NCBI GenBank assembly: GCA_036558905.1
Contig: DATBER010000148.1
Coordinates: forward strand, 1,162-65,161
DNA: 64,000 nt
Reading direction: 5' to 3'
Origin: Jatrophihabitantaceae bacterium
GTDB lineage: Bacteria; Actinomycetota; Actinomycetes; Mycobacteriales; Jatrophihabitantaceae
In this document: piece by piece, positions 19,036-30,320 of the stretch
Numbering within the stretch: the stretch's first letter is position 1
Layout of the letters: the number at the start of each line of letters is the position of its first letter
The notes under the pieces: model-generated
What the model saw: only the letters and a program-made list of their open reading frames with translations
What the model was told of the DNA's origin: nothing
Databases searched by the model: none
Position numbers and translations under genes: made by a program

Positions 19036-20891
19036 CGGCCCTGCGAGAACATCTCGACGGCCGGTGGGCCGACGTGCGGCAGATGGCCCGCGAGATGCTG
19101 GCCGATCCGCGGCTGGTGCCCTCGCTCGGCTCCCTCGATGACCAACGAGCCCGGACGTTCGATCGGCTGCGCATGTTGGCCGAGGCCGGTGTTTCGCGGC
19201 TCGGCTTCCCCAAGCAGTACGGCGGGCTCGACGACCTGGGCGGATCGATCACCGGGTTCGAGATGCTCGCGCTCGGCGACTTGTCCTTGTTGGTCAAGGC
19301 CGGCGTGCAGTTCGGGCTGTTCGGCGGGGCGATCCTGCACCTGGGCACCGAGCGCCACCACGAGCGCTACCTGGCCGACGTCATGTCGGTCGCCCTGCCC
19401 GGCTGCTTCGCCATGACCGAGACCGGGCACGGTTCGGACGTCGCGTCGCTGCGCACCACCGCCACGTACGACGACGGCGAGTTTGTCATCCAGACGCCGG
19501 ACGACGACGCGCGCAAGGACTACATCGGCAACGCCGCCCGCGACGGTCACGCCGCCGTGGTGTTCGCCCAGCTGATCACCGCCGGGCGGGGCCAGGGCGT
19601 GCACGCGTTCGTCGTGCCGATTCGTGACGACGACGGCGCGCCGGCGCCGGGTGTGCGCGTCGAGGACTGCGGCCCGAAGGCCGGCCTCAACGGCGTCGAC
19701 AACGGGCGGCTGTGGTTCGACGGCGTGCGCATCCCGCGCGAGAACCTGCTGAACCGCTACGGCGACGTCGCCCCGGACGGCACGTACAGCACCCCGATCG
19801 GGAATCCGGCGCGACGCTTCTTCACCATGCTCGGCACGCTCATCCAGGGACGGGTGAGCGTCGCCGGCGGCGCGGGCAGCGCCACCAAGGTCGCACTCGC
19901 GATCGCCGTTAGATACGCCGAGGTACGGAGGCAGTTCGCCGCGCCCGGACGCGACGGCGAGATCGTGCTGCTCGACTACCTGGCCCACCAGCGCCGGTTG
20001 CTGCCGGCGCTGGCCCGCACGTACGCGCTGCACTTCGCCCAGGGCGAGCTGGTCGGGGCGTTGCACGACGACTTCGCCGACGAGGAACGGCGCCGTCCGC
20101 TCGAGACCCGGGCCGCGGCCATCAAGGCGGCGGCAACGTGGCACGCCACGGCCACGATCCAGGCCTGCCGCGAGGCGTGCGGCGGCGCGGGCTATCTGAG
20201 CGAGAACCAGTTTCCGCGACTCAAGGCCGACACCGACGTGTTCACCACGTTCGAGGGCGACAACACGGTGCTGCTCCAACTGGTCGGCAAGGAGCTGCTG
20301 ACGGCGTACCGATCGCATTTCGGCGAGCTCGATCTGCTCGGCACCATCCGGTTCGTCACCGAGCAGGCGGCCGAGATCGTCGTCGAACACACCGCCGCAC
20401 ATCGGATCATCCAGCGGCTGCTCGACGCGGCTCCGGGTCCGGACGCGGACCTGCGCGATCGGGCCTGGCACGTCCAGCTGTTCGAGTGGCGCGAGAAGCA
20501 CCTGCTCGACACGGTGGCCCGCCGGCTGCGTCGAGCGGCCGACAGCGATGACCCGTTTGCGATCTTCAACACCACCCAGGACCACCTGCTGCGGGCCTCC
20601 CGGGCCCACGCCGACCGGCTGCTGCTGGAGGCGTTCGTCGCCGGCATCGACTCAGCGCCGGCGTCCGTCCAGGAGCTGCTCGACGCGGTGTGCGACTTGT
20701 TCGTGCTGTCCACCGTGGAGGACGACCGGGCCTGGTTCATCGAGCACGGCCGGCTGTCGACGCAGCGCAGCAAGGCGGTGATCGCCATGGTCGACTCGCT
20801 GTGCGCCGAGCTGCGGCCACACGCGTCCACGCTGATCGACGGCTTCGGCGTCCCCGACGCCTGCATCACCGCACCGATCGCGCAGCCGTAG
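19032..20891 (+). CDS. Acyl-CoA oxidase/dehydrogenase family protein
   Basis: ATG 19032 in the ORF-track 18843..20891 frame, 619 aa. CFAMTETGHGSDV, GLNGVDNGRLWFDGVRIPRENLL, long ACOX-like C-terminal domain. Confidence 0.85.
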   Translation: MTALREHLDGRWADVRQMAREMLADPRLVPSLGSLDDQRARTFDRLRMLAEAGVSRLGFPKQYGGLDDLGGSITGFEMLALGDLSLLVKAGVQFGLFGGAILHLGTERHHERYLADVMSVALPGCFAMTETGHGSDVASLRTTATYDDGEFVIQTPDDDARKDYIGNAARDGHAAVVFAQLITAGRGQGVHAFVVPIRDDDGAPAPGVRVEDCGPKAGLNGVDNGRLWFDGVRIPRENLLNRYGDVAPDGTYSTPIGNPARRFFTMLGTLIQGRVSVAGGAGSATKVALAIAVRYAEVRRQFAAPGRDGEIVLLDYLAHQRRLLPALARTYALHFAQGELVGALHDDFADEERRRPLETRAAAIKAAATWHATATIQACREACGGAGYLSENQFPRLKADTDVFTTFEGDNTVLLQLVGKELLTAYRSHFGELDLLGTIRFVTEQAAEIVVEHTAAHRIIQRLLDAAPGPDADLRDRAWHVQLFEWREKHLLDTVARRLRRAADSDDPFAIFNTTQDHLLRASRAHADRLLLEAFVAGIDSAPASVQELLDAVCDLFVLSTVEDDRAWFIEHGRLSTQRSKAVIAMVDSLCAELRPHASTLIDGFGVPDACITAPIAQP

Positions 20892-20901
20892 GGTTCGACG
20901 C

Positions 20902-21555
20902 GTGACCCAAGACGTGTGGACCGCAGTCGACCACTACTTCGACGCCGCCCTGGCCCCGAACGATGCGGCGCTGGACGCCGCCCTGAAGGCCAGCGCCGCC
21001 GGCGGACTGCCGGCCATCCAGGTCAGTGCCGCGCAGGGCAAGCACCTGCAACTGCTGGCTCGGTCGGTGGGCGCTCGACGCATCCTCGAGGTGGGCACGC
21101 TCGGCGGATACAGCACGATCTGGCTGGCTCGCGCCCTGCCCGACGACGGGCAGCTGATCAGCCTCGAGGTCGACCCGCGCCACGCGGAGGTCGCCACCGC
21201 GAACCTGGCCAACGCCGGGCTGGCCGACCGGACCGAGGTGCGCGTCGGCCCGGCCATCGAGACGTTGCCGCAGCTGGACGGCCCGTTCGACTTCGCGTTC
21301 ATCGACGCCGACAAGGCCAGCAACGCCGACTACTTCGCCCACGCTGTGCGGTTGTCCCGGCCGGGCACGCTGATCGTCGTCGACAACGTCGTGCGCGGCG
21401 GCCGGGTGGTCGACCCCGACGGCGACGCGAGCGTGCAGGGTGTGCGCCGGTTGGTCGACGCGGTGGCCGCCGAGCCCCGGGTGAGCGCCACGGTCATCCA
21501 GACGGTGGGCACCAAGGGCTACGACGGCTACCTGCTGGCCGTCGTCAACCGCTGA
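20902..21555 (+). CDS. Class I SAM-dependent O-methyltransferase (family 3, caffeoyl-CoA OMT-like)
   Basis: 217 aa. ILEVGTLGGYSTIWLA SAM motif, FDFAFIDADK. Confidence 0.85.
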   Translation: MTQDVWTAVDHYFDAALAPNDAALDAALKASAAGGLPAIQVSAAQGKHLQLLARSVGARRILEVGTLGGYSTIWLARALPDDGQLISLEVDPRHAEVATANLANAGLADRTEVRVGPAIETLPQLDGPFDFAFIDADKASNADYFAHAVRLSRPGTLIVVDNVVRGGRVVDPDGDASVQGVRRLVDAVAAEPRVSATVIQTVGTKGYDGYLLAVVNR

Positions 21556-21556
21556 G

Positions 21557-22153
21557 TCACTGGCGGGCGGTGGCGGTGAACGTCGCCAGGCCGATCGCGT
21601 GCTGGCCGACGTTGAAGCCGAGGACGGCGCCGCGCGTGCTGGCCGGCAGGCCCAGGCTCGGCACGTCCAGGGCGACCACGCTGAAGTGGTAGTGGTGCGT
21701 GATGTCGCCGGCCGGTGGGCACGGCCCGGTGTAGCCCAGCCCGCCGCCGTCGTTCGTGCCGTTCACCGCCCCGGCCGGTAGCACCGCGCCGGTGGGCAGC
21801 TCGTGGGTGCCGGCCGGCACGTCCCACGCGATCCAGTGCCAGAAGCCGCTACCGGTCGGCGCGTCCACATCGAAGATCGTGACGGCGAAGCTGCGCGTGC
21901 CGGCCGGCGCACCCGACCAGGACAGCTCGGGCGAGACGCCGGGACCGTTGCAGCCGCGGAACTGCTCCGGGATCGGCTGACCGGCTCGCAGGTCGGTGCT
22001 GTGCAGGTTGAAGTGCTTGACGGCGCTGGGCACTCCCTCGCGGATCTCCTTGAAACCGAAGTGGCGGGACGCGGCGGCGGCCGTCACGGCGCTACCGATC
22101 AGCGCGGCGACCAGCACGGCGATCACGACGAAGCGGCGGGTGAACCGAGGCAT
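21557..22153 (-). CDS. Secreted YbhB/YbcL family (PEBP / Raf kinase inhibitor-like) protein
   Basis: 198 aa. N-terminal signal/[35 protein letters not shown]. Confidence 0.8.
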   Translation of the reverse strand: MPRFTRRFVVIAVLVAALIGSAVTAAAASRHFGFKEIREGVPSAVKHFNLHSTDLRAGQPIPEQFRGCNGPGVSPELSWSGAPAGTRSFAVTIFDVDAPTGSGFWHWIAWDVPAGTHELPTGAVLPAGAVNGTNDGGGLGYTGPCPPAGDITHHYHFSVVALDVPSLGLPASTRGAVLGFNVGQHAIGLATFTATARQ

Positions 22154-22258
22154 GGGGGATCTCCTGTCCGACGGGGGCCTCTCCTGTTCGCCACGCAGCG
22201 CGCACCTAGCCGGTTCACATGGCGTACATACGACGCGTATGTTTGCTGGTGTCTCACG

Positions 22259-22283
22259 GTGATGTATCGTCTTGATACATCAC
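22259..22283. promoter_or_regulatory. Putative PadR operator: 10-bp inverted repeat, 5-bp spacer
   Basis: GTGATGTATC gtctt GATACATCAC, 25 nt upstream of the padR ATG. A second IR, ACATACG acg CGTATGT, lies at about 22226-22242. Confidence 0.45.
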
Positions 22284-22307
22284 GTCGAGATAGCCTGGGA
22301 GTCCGCG

Positions 22308-22856
22308 ATGCTCGAGATCGCAGTCCTCGGGCTGCTCAACGAGAGCCCGATGCACGGGTACGAGCTGCGCAAGCGGCTGGCCGTGCTGCTCGGGGCGTTC
22401 CGGGCGTTCTCCTACGGGTCGCTCTACCCCACGCTGCGGCGGTTGTCCGAAGCCGGGTGGATCACCGAGGAGGAACCGGAGCTGGTCGCCGGACCGCCGC
22501 GATCGCGACGCGGCAAGCGTGTCTACAAGCTGACCGCCGAGGGCAAGGAGCACTTCGCCGAGCTGCTCGCCGAGGTCGGCCCGGACGCGTTCGACGACGA
22601 GGTCTTCGGGGCTCGGCTGGCGTTCTTCGCCCAGACCCGCTCCGACGTCCGGCTGCGCATCCTCGAGGGGCGGCGCCGCCGGGTGGAAGAACGGCGCGAG
22701 GGCATGCGCTCGTCGCTGGCACGCACCCGCGAACGGCTGGATCGCTACACCCTCCAGCTACAGGAGCACGGGCTCGAGTCGGCGGATCGCGAAGTCCGTT
22801 GGCTCACCGAATTGATCGAGAACGAGCAGTCACCCAACACAAAGGAGGCGCCCTGA
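22308..22856 (+). CDS. PadR family transcriptional regulator
   Basis: ATG 22308 in the ORF-track 22272..22856 frame. [43 protein letters not shown]. Same pairing with ino1 as mycobacterial Rv0047c-Rv0046c. Confidence 0.85.
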   Translation: MLEIAVLGLLNESPMHGYELRKRLAVLLGAFRAFSYGSLYPTLRRLSEAGWITEEEPELVAGPPRSRRGKRVYKLTAEGKEHFAELLAEVGPDAFDDEVFGARLAFFAQTRSDVRLRILEGRRRRVEERREGMRSSLARTRERLDRYTLQLQEHGLESADREVRWLTELIENEQSPNTKEAP

Positions 22857-23938
22857 TGGGCAAGATTCGCGTCGGCATGGTCGGCGTCGGCAACTGCGCG
22901 GCGTCGCTCGTCCAGGGCGTTCACTATTACCGCGACGCGGACCCGGGGCAGAAGGTGCCGGGCCTCATGCACGTGCAGTTCGGCCCGTACCACGTTCGCG
23001 ACATCGAGTTCGTCGCCGCGTTCGACGTGGACGCCAAGAAGGTCGGCCGGGACCTCTCCGAGGCCATCCTGGCCAGCGAGAACAACACCATCAAGATCGC
23101 CGACGTCCCGCCGCTGGGCGTCGCCGTGCAGCGGGGCCACACGCTCGACGGCCTCGGCAAGTACTACCAGGAGACGATCGAGGAGTCCGACGAGGAGCCG
23201 GTCGACGTCGTCGCGGCGCTGCGTGAGGCCGAGGTCGACGTACTGATCTGCTACCTGCCGGTCGGCTCCGAGGACGCCGCCAAGTTCTACGCCCAGTGCG
23301 CCATCGACGCCGGGGTGGCCTTCGTCAACGCCCTGCCGGTGTTCATCGCCGGGACGCCGGAGTGGGCCAAGAAGTTCGAGGACGCCGGCGTCCCGATCGT
23401 CGGCGACGACATCAAGTCACAGGTCGGCGCCACCATCACGCACCGCGTGCTGGCCAAGCTGTTCGAGGACCGGGGCGTCGAGCTGCAGCGGACGATGCAG
23501 CTGAACGTCGGCGGCAACATGGACTTCAAGAACATGCTCGAGCGCGAGCGCCTGGAGTCGAAGAAGATCAGCAAGACCCAGTCCGTGACCTCGCAGATCC
23601 CCGACCGCGAGCTGGGCAAGCGCAACGTCCACATCGGACCGTCGGACTACGTCGAATGGCTCGACGACCGCAAGTGGGCCTACGTCCGGCTGGAGGGCAA
23701 GGCCTTCGGCGACGTGCCGCTGAACCTGGAGTACAAGCTCGAGGTCTGGGACTCGCCGAACTCGGCCGGCATCATCATCGACGCCCTGCGTGCGGCCAAG
23801 ATCGCCAAGGACCGCGGCATCGGCGGGCCGGTGCTCTCGGCGTCGAGCTACTTCATGAAGTCGCCGCCGGTGCAGTACTTCGACGACAAGGCGCGCGACC
23901 TGGTGGAGAAGTTCATCAACGGCGAAGTGGATCGCTGA
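22856..23938 (+). CDS. ino1: myo-Inositol-1-phosphate synthase
   Basis: ATG 22856 (1-nt overlap with the padR TGA; AAGGAGG 8 nt upstream), 360 aa. [34 protein letters not shown]. Confidence 0.92.
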   Translation: MGKIRVGMVGVGNCAASLVQGVHYYRDADPGQKVPGLMHVQFGPYHVRDIEFVAAFDVDAKKVGRDLSEAILASENNTIKIADVPPLGVAVQRGHTLDGLGKYYQETIEESDEEPVDVVAALREAEVDVLICYLPVGSEDAAKFYAQCAIDAGVAFVNALPVFIAGTPEWAKKFEDAGVPIVGDDIKSQVGATITHRVLAKLFEDRGVELQRTMQLNVGGNMDFKNMLERERLESKKISKTQSVTSQIPDRELGKRNVHIGPSDYVEWLDDRKWAYVRLEGKAFGDVPLNLEYKLEVWDSPNSAGIIIDALRAAKIAKDRGIGGPVLSASSYFMKSPPVQYFDDKARDLVEKFINGEVDR

Positions 23939-23953
23939 CCGCCGTTCTCCGTT

Positions 23954-23982
23954 GTGGCCGCCCGGCATCCCCGGGCGGCCAC
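23954..23982. terminator. Bidirectional hairpin between convergent ino1 and yqgE-like genes
   Basis: GTGGCCGCCCGG catcc CCGGGCGGCCAC: perfect 12-bp stem, 5-nt loop. Confidence 0.55.
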
Positions 23983-23984
23983 TT

Positions 23985-24581
23985 CTAGTTCAGGCCAAGT
24001 TCGCGGGGATACGTCGAGATCGCCCGCAACGGCATCGGCTGGCGGCGCAGCACCCGCCGCCACAGCGTCGCCGGGTGGGACGTGAACGCGTCCTCGAGCA
24101 TCCCGTCGACCACGTACCAGGACCCGGACTCCATCTCGTCGGACAACTGCCCGGGCGCCCACCCGGAATGGCCGGCGAACACGCGCATCCGACTCGTCGA
24201 CTCCTGGATCGCGGCGACGTCGCCGTCGAGGTCGACGGTGGCCAGGCTGCCGGCGACCCGGCGCACGCCCGGCCCCTCGTCGGAGTGCCGGCGCTTGAGC
24301 TGGGCCAGGCACAGGGCGCCGTCGGGCATTACCGGCCCGCCGCCGAAAATGACGGCCGGCTCGGTGACGACGTCCTGCCAATCCGGCAAAACCTGCCCGA
24401 CCGGGGTGTGGCTCGGCCGGTTGAGCACCACGCCCACCGTGCCGCCTCCGTCGTGTTCGAGCAGGTAGACGACCGTGCGGGCGAAGGTCGGCTCGTTGAG
24501 CGTGGTGCTGGCCACGAGCAGGCGGCCAGCACCGGGGGTGAGCCCCGTCCAAGCACACGGGCTCGACTGCTCAGCAGGCAC
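23985..24581 (-). CDS. YqgE/AlgH family protein (UPF0301)
   Basis: 198 aa. FARTVVYLLEHDGGGTVGVVLNRP and FAGHSGWAPGQL motifs. Confidence 0.85.
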   Translation of the reverse strand: MPAEQSSPCAWTGLTPGAGRLLVASTTLNEPTFARTVVYLLEHDGGGTVGVVLNRPSHTPVGQVLPDWQDVVTEPAVIFGGGPVMPDGALCLAQLKRRHSDEGPGVRRVAGSLATVDLDGDVAAIQESTSRMRVFAGHSGWAPGQLSDEMESGSWYVVDGMLEDAFTSHPATLWRRVLRRQPMPLRAISTYPRELGLN

Positions 24582-24655
24582 GCTGATCCCTTCCCCTCAT
24601 CGCTCATGCCCATCTTGCCCAATACACGTAGCCCACGCGCACTACGGTCAATGGC

Positions 24656-25966
24656 GTGCACGCCAACGGGCACCTGCGCGCATCGCTGCGCCGTCCCGAC
24701 TTCCGACGGCTGTTCGCCGTGCGGCTCCTCGGCCAGTTCGGCGACGGCGTGTTCCAGGCCTCGCTGGCCGGGGCGGTGCTGTTCAACCCGGAGCGGCAGG
24801 CGCACGCCGCCGATGTCGCGGCCGGCTTCGCCGTGGTGTTGCTGCCGTACTCGTTCGTCGGCCCGTTCGCCGGGGTGCTGCTCGACCGGTGGTGGCGGCA
24901 GCGGGTGCTCGTCGTGTCGAACATCGTGCGGGCCATCGGCGTCATCGGCGTGGCCGTCGAGATCGCCGTCGGCGTGCACGGCCAGCCCTTCTACGCCAGC
25001 GCGCTGGTGGTCGTGTCGGTCAACCGGTTCTTCCTGTCCGCGCTCTCGACCGGGTTGCCGCACGTGGTCGAGCCGAAGGAGTTGGTGACCGCCAACGCGC
25101 TGTCGACCACCTGCGGGGCGATCGCCACCACCCTGGGCGGCGGAATGGCCATCGGGGTGCGGGCTCTGATCGGCGGGCACGACGCCCAGTACGCGGCGAT
25201 CGCCCTCGCCGCCGCGCTGCCCTACCTCGCCTCGTCGTTCACCGCCCGCGGATTCGGCCGCGAGCAACTCGGGCCGGACGACGTCGAGCGCAGCCATCGC
25301 GAAACGTTCGTCGACGTCGCCCGAGGCCTGGTGGCCGGCGGCAAACACATCGCTGCGCGCAAGCCGGCCCTGTACGCCCTGATCATGATCGGGTTCCACC
25401 GGTTCTGTTACGGCATCAGCACCGTCTCCGCGCTGCTGCTGTACCGCAACTACTTCCACGACGAGGGCATCTTCCGGGCCGGGCTGGCCGGTATCGGGCA
25501 GATCCTGGCCACGGTGGCGATCGGGGCGGGCGTGGCCGCGCTGGTCACCCCGACCGCCACCCGCCGGCTCGGCTTCGTCCGCTGGCCGGCCCTGCTGCTG
25601 GAGGTCGCGGCCGTCGCCCAGCTCGGACTGGGCCTGCCGTACACGATGCCGCTGCTGTTGCTGGCCGGGTTCGTTCTCGGATTCGCAGCTCAGGGCATCA
25701 AGATCTGCGTCGACACGCAACTGCAGCAGGTCGTCGTCGATGACTTCCGCGGGCGGGTGTTCTCGCTCTACGACACCCTGTTCAACATCACGTTCGTGGG
25801 CGCCGCCGTGGCCACCGCAGTGTTCCTGCCGGACAGCGGCTATTCGCCGACCTCGGTCATGGTGATCGGCATCGTCTACGGGTTGACCGGCCTGGCCTAC
25901 CTTCGGGTGGCCGGCCGGGTTCGCCAGCCCGACCCCGAACCGGCCGCCTCGGCCGCGCCGACGTAG
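24656..25966 (+). CDS. MFS transporter
   Basis: 436 aa (GTG start). About 12 hydrophobic segments. N-terminal FRRLFAVRLLGQFGDGVFQ is typical of actinobacterial MFS_3-type proteins. Confidence 0.8.
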   Translation: MHANGHLRASLRRPDFRRLFAVRLLGQFGDGVFQASLAGAVLFNPERQAHAADVAAGFAVVLLPYSFVGPFAGVLLDRWWRQRVLVVSNIVRAIGVIGVAVEIAVGVHGQPFYASALVVVSVNRFFLSALSTGLPHVVEPKELVTANALSTTCGAIATTLGGGMAIGVRALIGGHDAQYAAIALAAALPYLASSFTARGFGREQLGPDDVERSHRETFVDVARGLVAGGKHIAARKPALYALIMIGFHRFCYGISTVSALLLYRNYFHDEGIFRAGLAGIGQILATVAIGAGVAALVTPTATRRLGFVRWPALLLEVAAVAQLGLGLPYTMPLLLLAGFVLGFAAQGIKICVDTQLQQVVVDDFRGRVFSLYDTLFNITFVGAAVATAVFLPDSGYSPTSVMVIGIVYGLTGLAYLRVAGRVRQPDPEPAASAAPT

Positions 25967-25993
25967 CTCAGCGCGGCTCGGCTCGCCCGCGCG

Positions 25994-27391
25994 TCACTTC
26001 TGATCAGCCGCCCACTTCTCCAGCTCGGCCACGGCCCGATCGTGCCCGAGCGGGCCGTACTCCATCCGCAACGCCAGCAGGTGCTTGTACGCCTGGCCGA
26101 CGAGCGGCCCGGGCTTGATGCCCAGTACGGCCATGATCTCGTTGCCGTCCAGGTCGGGGCGGATTGCGTCCAGCTCCTCCTGCTGGCGCAACCGCTCGAT
26201 ACGCGCCTCGAGGGCGTCGTACGCCTCGGACAGGGCGGCCGCCTTGCGCTTGTTGCGGGTCGTGCAGTCGGAGCGGACGAGCTTGTGCAGCCGGGGCAGC
26301 AGCGGGCCGGCGTCCACGACGTAGCGGCGCACCGCCGAGTCGGTCCACTCGCCGCGGCCGTACCCGTAGAAGCGCAGGTGCAAGAACACCAGCTGAGCGA
26401 CCGCTTCCACCAGCTCCTTCGAGTAGCGCAGTGCCCTGAGCCGGGTGCGCGTCATCCGGGCGCCGACCGCCTCGTGGTGGTGGAAGGTCACCCGCCCGCC
26501 CGGCTCGAACCGCCGGGTGGCCGGCTTACCGATGTCGTGGAGCACCGCCGCCCAGCGCAGCACCAGGTCCGGCTCGTCCTCCAGATCGATGGCCTGGTCG
26601 AGCACCTGCAGGGTGTGCGCGTAGACGTCCTTGTGCTGGCCGTGCTCGTCGGCCGCCATGCGCAGGGCGGGCAGTTCGGGCAGCACGTGGTCGGCCAGCC
26701 CGGTGTCGACCAGCAGCTGCAGCCCGTCGCGGGGAGCGGCGCCCAGCAGCAGCTTGGACAGCTCCACCTGCACCCGCTCGATGCTGATGCGCTCGATCTC
26801 GCCGGCCATCGCCGTCATGGCCGCACGCACCTCGTCGGCCACGGCCACCTTCAGCGTCGACACGAACCGGGCCGCCCGCAGCATGCGCAGCGGGTCGTCG
26901 GCGAAAGACTCCTCCGGGGTCGACGGGGTGCGCAGCAGCCCCCGGGCCAGGTCGGCCAGCCCGCCGAACGGATCGCTGAACGCGTGGTCGCCGGTGACCG
27001 ACAGGGCCATCGCGTTCATGGTGAAGTCACGCCGGCGCAGGTCGTCGAGCAGCGAGTCGCCGTAGGCCACCTCGGGCTTGCGGCTGAGCCGGTCGTAGCG
27101 GTCAGCCCGGAATGTGGTGATCTCGCACTGCCGCTCGCCGACCTGGACACCGACGGTGCCGAATTCGATACCCGTCGTCCATGTGGGCCCGAACGGCGCG
27201 ACTATGCGCAGCACCTCCTCCGGGCGGGCGTCGGTGGTGAAGTCCAGGTCCTCGTCGGCCCGGCCCATCAGGGCGTCGCGGACGGTGCCGCCGACCAGGT
27301 GCAGCTCGTGGCCGGACTCCGAGAACGCCGCCCCCAGCCGGGTGGCCTCCTCGGGAACGGCGATCAGGTCGGCGGGTCCACGCGCAGTCAC
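25994..27391 (-). CDS. cca: CCA-adding tRNA nucleotidyltransferase
   Basis: 465 aa. [19 protein letters not shown] nucleotidyltransferase motifs, HD-type [10 protein letters not shown]. Confidence 0.9.
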   Translation of the reverse strand: MTARGPADLIAVPEEATRLGAAFSESGHELHLVGGTVRDALMGRADEDLDFTTDARPEEVLRIVAPFGPTWTTGIEFGTVGVQVGERQCEITTFRADRYDRLSRKPEVAYGDSLLDDLRRRDFTMNAMALSVTGDHAFSDPFGGLADLARGLLRTPSTPEESFADDPLRMLRAARFVSTLKVAVADEVRAAMTAMAGEIERISIERVQVELSKLLLGAAPRDGLQLLVDTGLADHVLPELPALRMAADEHGQHKDVYAHTLQVLDQAIDLEDEPDLVLRWAAVLHDIGKPATRRFEPGGRVTFHHHEAVGARMTRTRLRALRYSKELVEAVAQLVFLHLRFYGYGRGEWTDSAVRRYVVDAGPLLPRLHKLVRSDCTTRNKRKAAALSEAYDALEARIERLRQQEELDAIRPDLDGNEIMAVLGIKPGPLVGQAYKHLLALRMEYGPLGHDRAVAELEKWAADQK

Positions 27392-27477
27392 GGACGGCCA
27401 CGCTACCGATCGGCCGTAACTCCTGGGCCTACGGTCGGCAGGCCGCCTTCAGCTGGTTCGGCCGCTACCATCGGCGC

Positions 27478-28047
27478 ATGTCCCGAGGCTCCAATTCGCC
27501 GTCCTCGCGGCGCTCGGGCGGCAAGGGTGTCGGCAAAGGCGTGGGTAAGGACGCCAAGGACGTCAAGGGCACCAAGGGTCAGGCCGGGCACAAGCGGCGC
27601 GGCCGGGCGAAGCTCAAGCGGGTCGACGAGACGAGCGCCGGGGGCTTGGTCGTGGACCTCGACGGCGACGTACCCCGCGGCGCGCTCATCGGGCGCGTCG
27701 ACCGGCGAGGCCGGCTGCTCTGGTCGCTGCCCAAGGGGCACGTCGAACCGGGTGAGACGCCCGAGCAGGCGGCGATCCGCGAGGTCCAGGAGGAAACCGG
27801 CATCAGCGGCGAGATCCTGGCCAGCCTGGGCACGATCGACTTCTGGTTCATCGCCGAGGGGCGCCGGGTGCACAAGACGGTGCACCACTTCCTGCTCCGA
27901 GCCGTCGGCGGGGAACTGTCCGACGCCGACATCGAAGTCAGCGAGGTGGCCTGGGTGCCGCTCGCGCAGATCACCGAGCAGCTGGCCTACCCCGACGAAC
28001 GCGGCCTGGTCGACGCCGCGGGGCGGCTGCTCGCGGAGAGCGCGTGA
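27478..28047 (+). CDS. NUDIX hydrolase (MutT4-like) with a Lys/Gly-rich N-terminal tail
   Basis: 189 aa. Nudix box [22 protein letters not shown]. Divergent from cca, as in mycobacteria. Confidence 0.85.
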   Translation: MSRGSNSPSSRRSGGKGVGKGVGKDAKDVKGTKGQAGHKRRGRAKLKRVDETSAGGLVVDLDGDVPRGALIGRVDRRGRLLWSLPKGHVEPGETPEQAAIREVQEETGISGEILASLGTIDFWFIAEGRRVHKTVHHFLLRAVGGELSDADIEVSEVAWVPLAQITEQLAYPDERGLVDAAGRLLAESA

Positions 28048-30320
28048 ACCTTCGCCGTTGCGCAACGGGCGCCGGTGTCCTCGCCGCCCTGATGGCGGGC
28101 GTAGTCCTGCCCGGCGCCGCCCCGGCCGGGGCCCAGCCGACCCTCGACGACAAGAGCGTCCGGGTCGTGGTCGCCGACATGAACCCGACGACGGCGCCGG
28201 CGACGACCGACAAGCCCAGTCCACTCACGATCACCCTGGCGTTGACGAACACCACCGACCAGCCGCTGTTCCAGGTGCACGTCGACGTTTCTCGCGACCA
28301 GCCGTACACCCAGCAGAGCCAACTCGAGCAGCTGATGGCCCACCCGGCGCCCAGCGCGGACCCGAGCGTGCTGTCGCAGCTGCCGTCGTTCGACCTGCCG
28401 CAACCGCTGGGCCCGCACCAGACCGTGCACTACCCGTACAAGACCGCGACCAGCGGCGCCAACGACGGCAAGGGCATCTGCCTGTGCTACAGCGCCGACT
28501 TCACCGCCGGCGTCTATCCGATCAACTTCACCGTGACGGCGTCCACCGATGCGAACGAGGGAACCACCCAGGTCGGGTTCGGACAGACGTATCTGCCCGC
28601 GTTCCAGGACAAGCCCAAGCCGGTGCAGGTCAGCTGGGTATGGCCGCTGATCGACCGGCCGCACCGCCTGATCGACGGCACGTTCGTCGATGACGACCTG
28701 GCCAAATCCGTCAGCCTGGGTGGGCGTCTCTACCGAGCCCTGTCGGTCGTCGAGCAGGTCAAGGGCGCGGTCCACCTGACCTTGATGATCGATCCGGAGC
28801 TGATCGACGAGCTGGCCGCGATGAGCCAGGCCTACACCGTCGAGACCAACGGCAAGAAGGCGGCCGGCACCGGGACCGCCGCGGCCCAGGCCTGGCTGGC
28901 CGAGTTGCGCAGCGTCGTCACGGCCGATCAGGTCAGCCTCACGCCGTACGCCGACCCGGATGTCGACGCACTCACCGACGCGGGCCTGAGCTGGGCCAAC
29001 GGCTTCGGCCCGGACGAGCAGCAGCAGTTGCAGGGCGCGCTGGGCGAACCGCCGCAGTACGACGTGGCCTGGCCGCCGGGCGGGGCAATCACCGCCGACG
29101 CGCTACGACAGATGCTGCGCAACCCCGGCGTCACGGTCGCTGTGCTGAGCGACCGGGCCCTGCCCGGGGCCAGCCACACCACCCCCAGACCCAGTGCGCT
29201 GGCCCCGCTGCCGGCCCAGTTCGGCATGCCGGGCACCGTGGCCGCAGTCACCGACAGCGCGATCCAGAACTGGTCCGACCGCACGCTCACCCCCACCACG
29301 GCCGGCGCGTCCACCCTGCCGCAGCTGGTGTCCGAGCTCGCCGTGCGGGCCTCCGAGCAGCCCGACCAGTCGCACTACGTCGTGATCACCGCGCCCCGGT
29401 ACGTCGACGTGAATCCGGACCTGGCCCGCCGCGCGCTGCTCGCGACCGCGCAGTCGCCCTGGTCGACGTCGCTGACCCTGAACGGCGCGGCCCAGGACAA
29501 GAACATCCCGCGCGTCGACCACGGGCAACTCGTCGAGCCGAGCAACGAGCAGCGGATCCCGCAGTCGGCGATCAGCACGGCCCAGTCGGCCACCGCGTTC
29601 CTGCGATCGTTCACCACCGCGCTGACCAACGCCGACATGGTGCCCGCCGTGAGCGAGTTGCCCACGGCCATCCAGCGCGTCGAGTCGTCGGCCTGGCGCA
29701 CCGACCCGGGGGGCGGCGCCGACTTCGCCGACCGGCTGCAGCAGCAGGTGAGCGCACTAGGCCAGGGCGTGCGCATCCAGCGTCCGTCCAGCGGCGCCTA
29801 CACGCTCGCGTCCAACGACGCGCCACTGCCCATCACGGTCATCAACACGCTGCCGGTCGAGGTACGCGTGCGGGTCCGCGTCACCACCGTCAACGGGGTG
29901 AGCGGGTTCCGGTCCGACGACCAGCGGATCGTGACTTTGCCGGCGGCCGCCGGCAACAATCCCAGCCACAACACGCTGAAGCTCCAGACACACGTCCAAC
30001 GGGCCGGCACGTTCCAGGTCGACGCCGTCCTGCTCGCGCCGGACGGCACCCCGCTCGGCACCCCGGTTCCGTTGTCGATCCACTGCACCGCGCTCGGCGC
30101 GATCGGCGTGATCATCACCGCCATCGCCGGTGGCGTGCTGGTGCTCGCGCTGGCGCTACGGGTGTTCCGCCGGGTGCGGGCCCGGCGCCGATCGGCCACC
30201 GAGCCGGAAACGCCCAGCCCGGACGCGGCGACCACACCTATCACCGCGCCGAGCACCCCCACCGTGGAAGCGGACGCGCCGACCGGACCCGGTGCCTCGA
30301 CGAGCACGGTCGCGCCATGA
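28044..30320 (+). CDS. Large secreted/membrane-anchored conserved protein (DUF6049 / Rv3909-like)
   Basis: 758 aa. GTGA overlap with the nudix gene. N-terminal signal peptide, C-terminal TM ([19 protein letters not shown]). Call is by position between nudix and murJ. Confidence 0.65.
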   Translation: MNLRRCATGAGVLAALMAGVVLPGAAPAGAQPTLDDKSVRVVVADMNPTTAPATTDKPSPLTITLALTNTTDQPLFQVHVDVSRDQPYTQQSQLEQLMAHPAPSADPSVLSQLPSFDLPQPLGPHQTVHYPYKTATSGANDGKGICLCYSADFTAGVYPINFTVTASTDANEGTTQVGFGQTYLPAFQDKPKPVQVSWVWPLIDRPHRLIDGTFVDDDLAKSVSLGGRLYRALSVVEQVKGAVHLTLMIDPELIDELAAMSQAYTVETNGKKAAGTGTAAAQAWLAELRSVVTADQVSLTPYADPDVDALTDAGLSWANGFGPDEQQQLQGALGEPPQYDVAWPPGGAITADALRQMLRNPGVTVAVLSDRALPGASHTTPRPSALAPLPAQFGMPGTVAAVTDSAIQNWSDRTLTPTTAGASTLPQLVSELAVRASEQPDQSHYVVITAPRYVDVNPDLARRALLATAQSPWSTSLTLNGAAQDKNIPRVDHGQLVEPSNEQRIPQSAISTAQSATAFLRSFTTALTNADMVPAVSELPTAIQRVESSAWRTDPGGGADFADRLQQQVSALGQGVRIQRPSSGAYTLASNDAPLPITVINTLPVEVRVRVRVTTVNGVSGFRSDDQRIVTLPAAAGNNPSHNTLKLQTHVQRAGTFQVDAVLLAPDGTPLGTPVPLSIHCTALGAIGVIITAIAGGVLVLALALRVFRRVRARRRSATEPETPSPDAATTPITAPSTPTVEADAPTGPGASTSTVAP

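Noticed and set aside
18756-20609. 617-aa ORF antisense to the TetR and acyl-CoA oxidase genes
   Set aside because: No motifs, it is opposite strongly supported genes, and it has high-GC artefact composition.
26042-28693. 883-aa plus-strand ORF spanning the cca, nudix and DUF6049 region
   Set aside because: It overlaps three well-supported genes (antisense to cca, out of frame with the others), and its composition is Arg/Pro/Gly-dominated.
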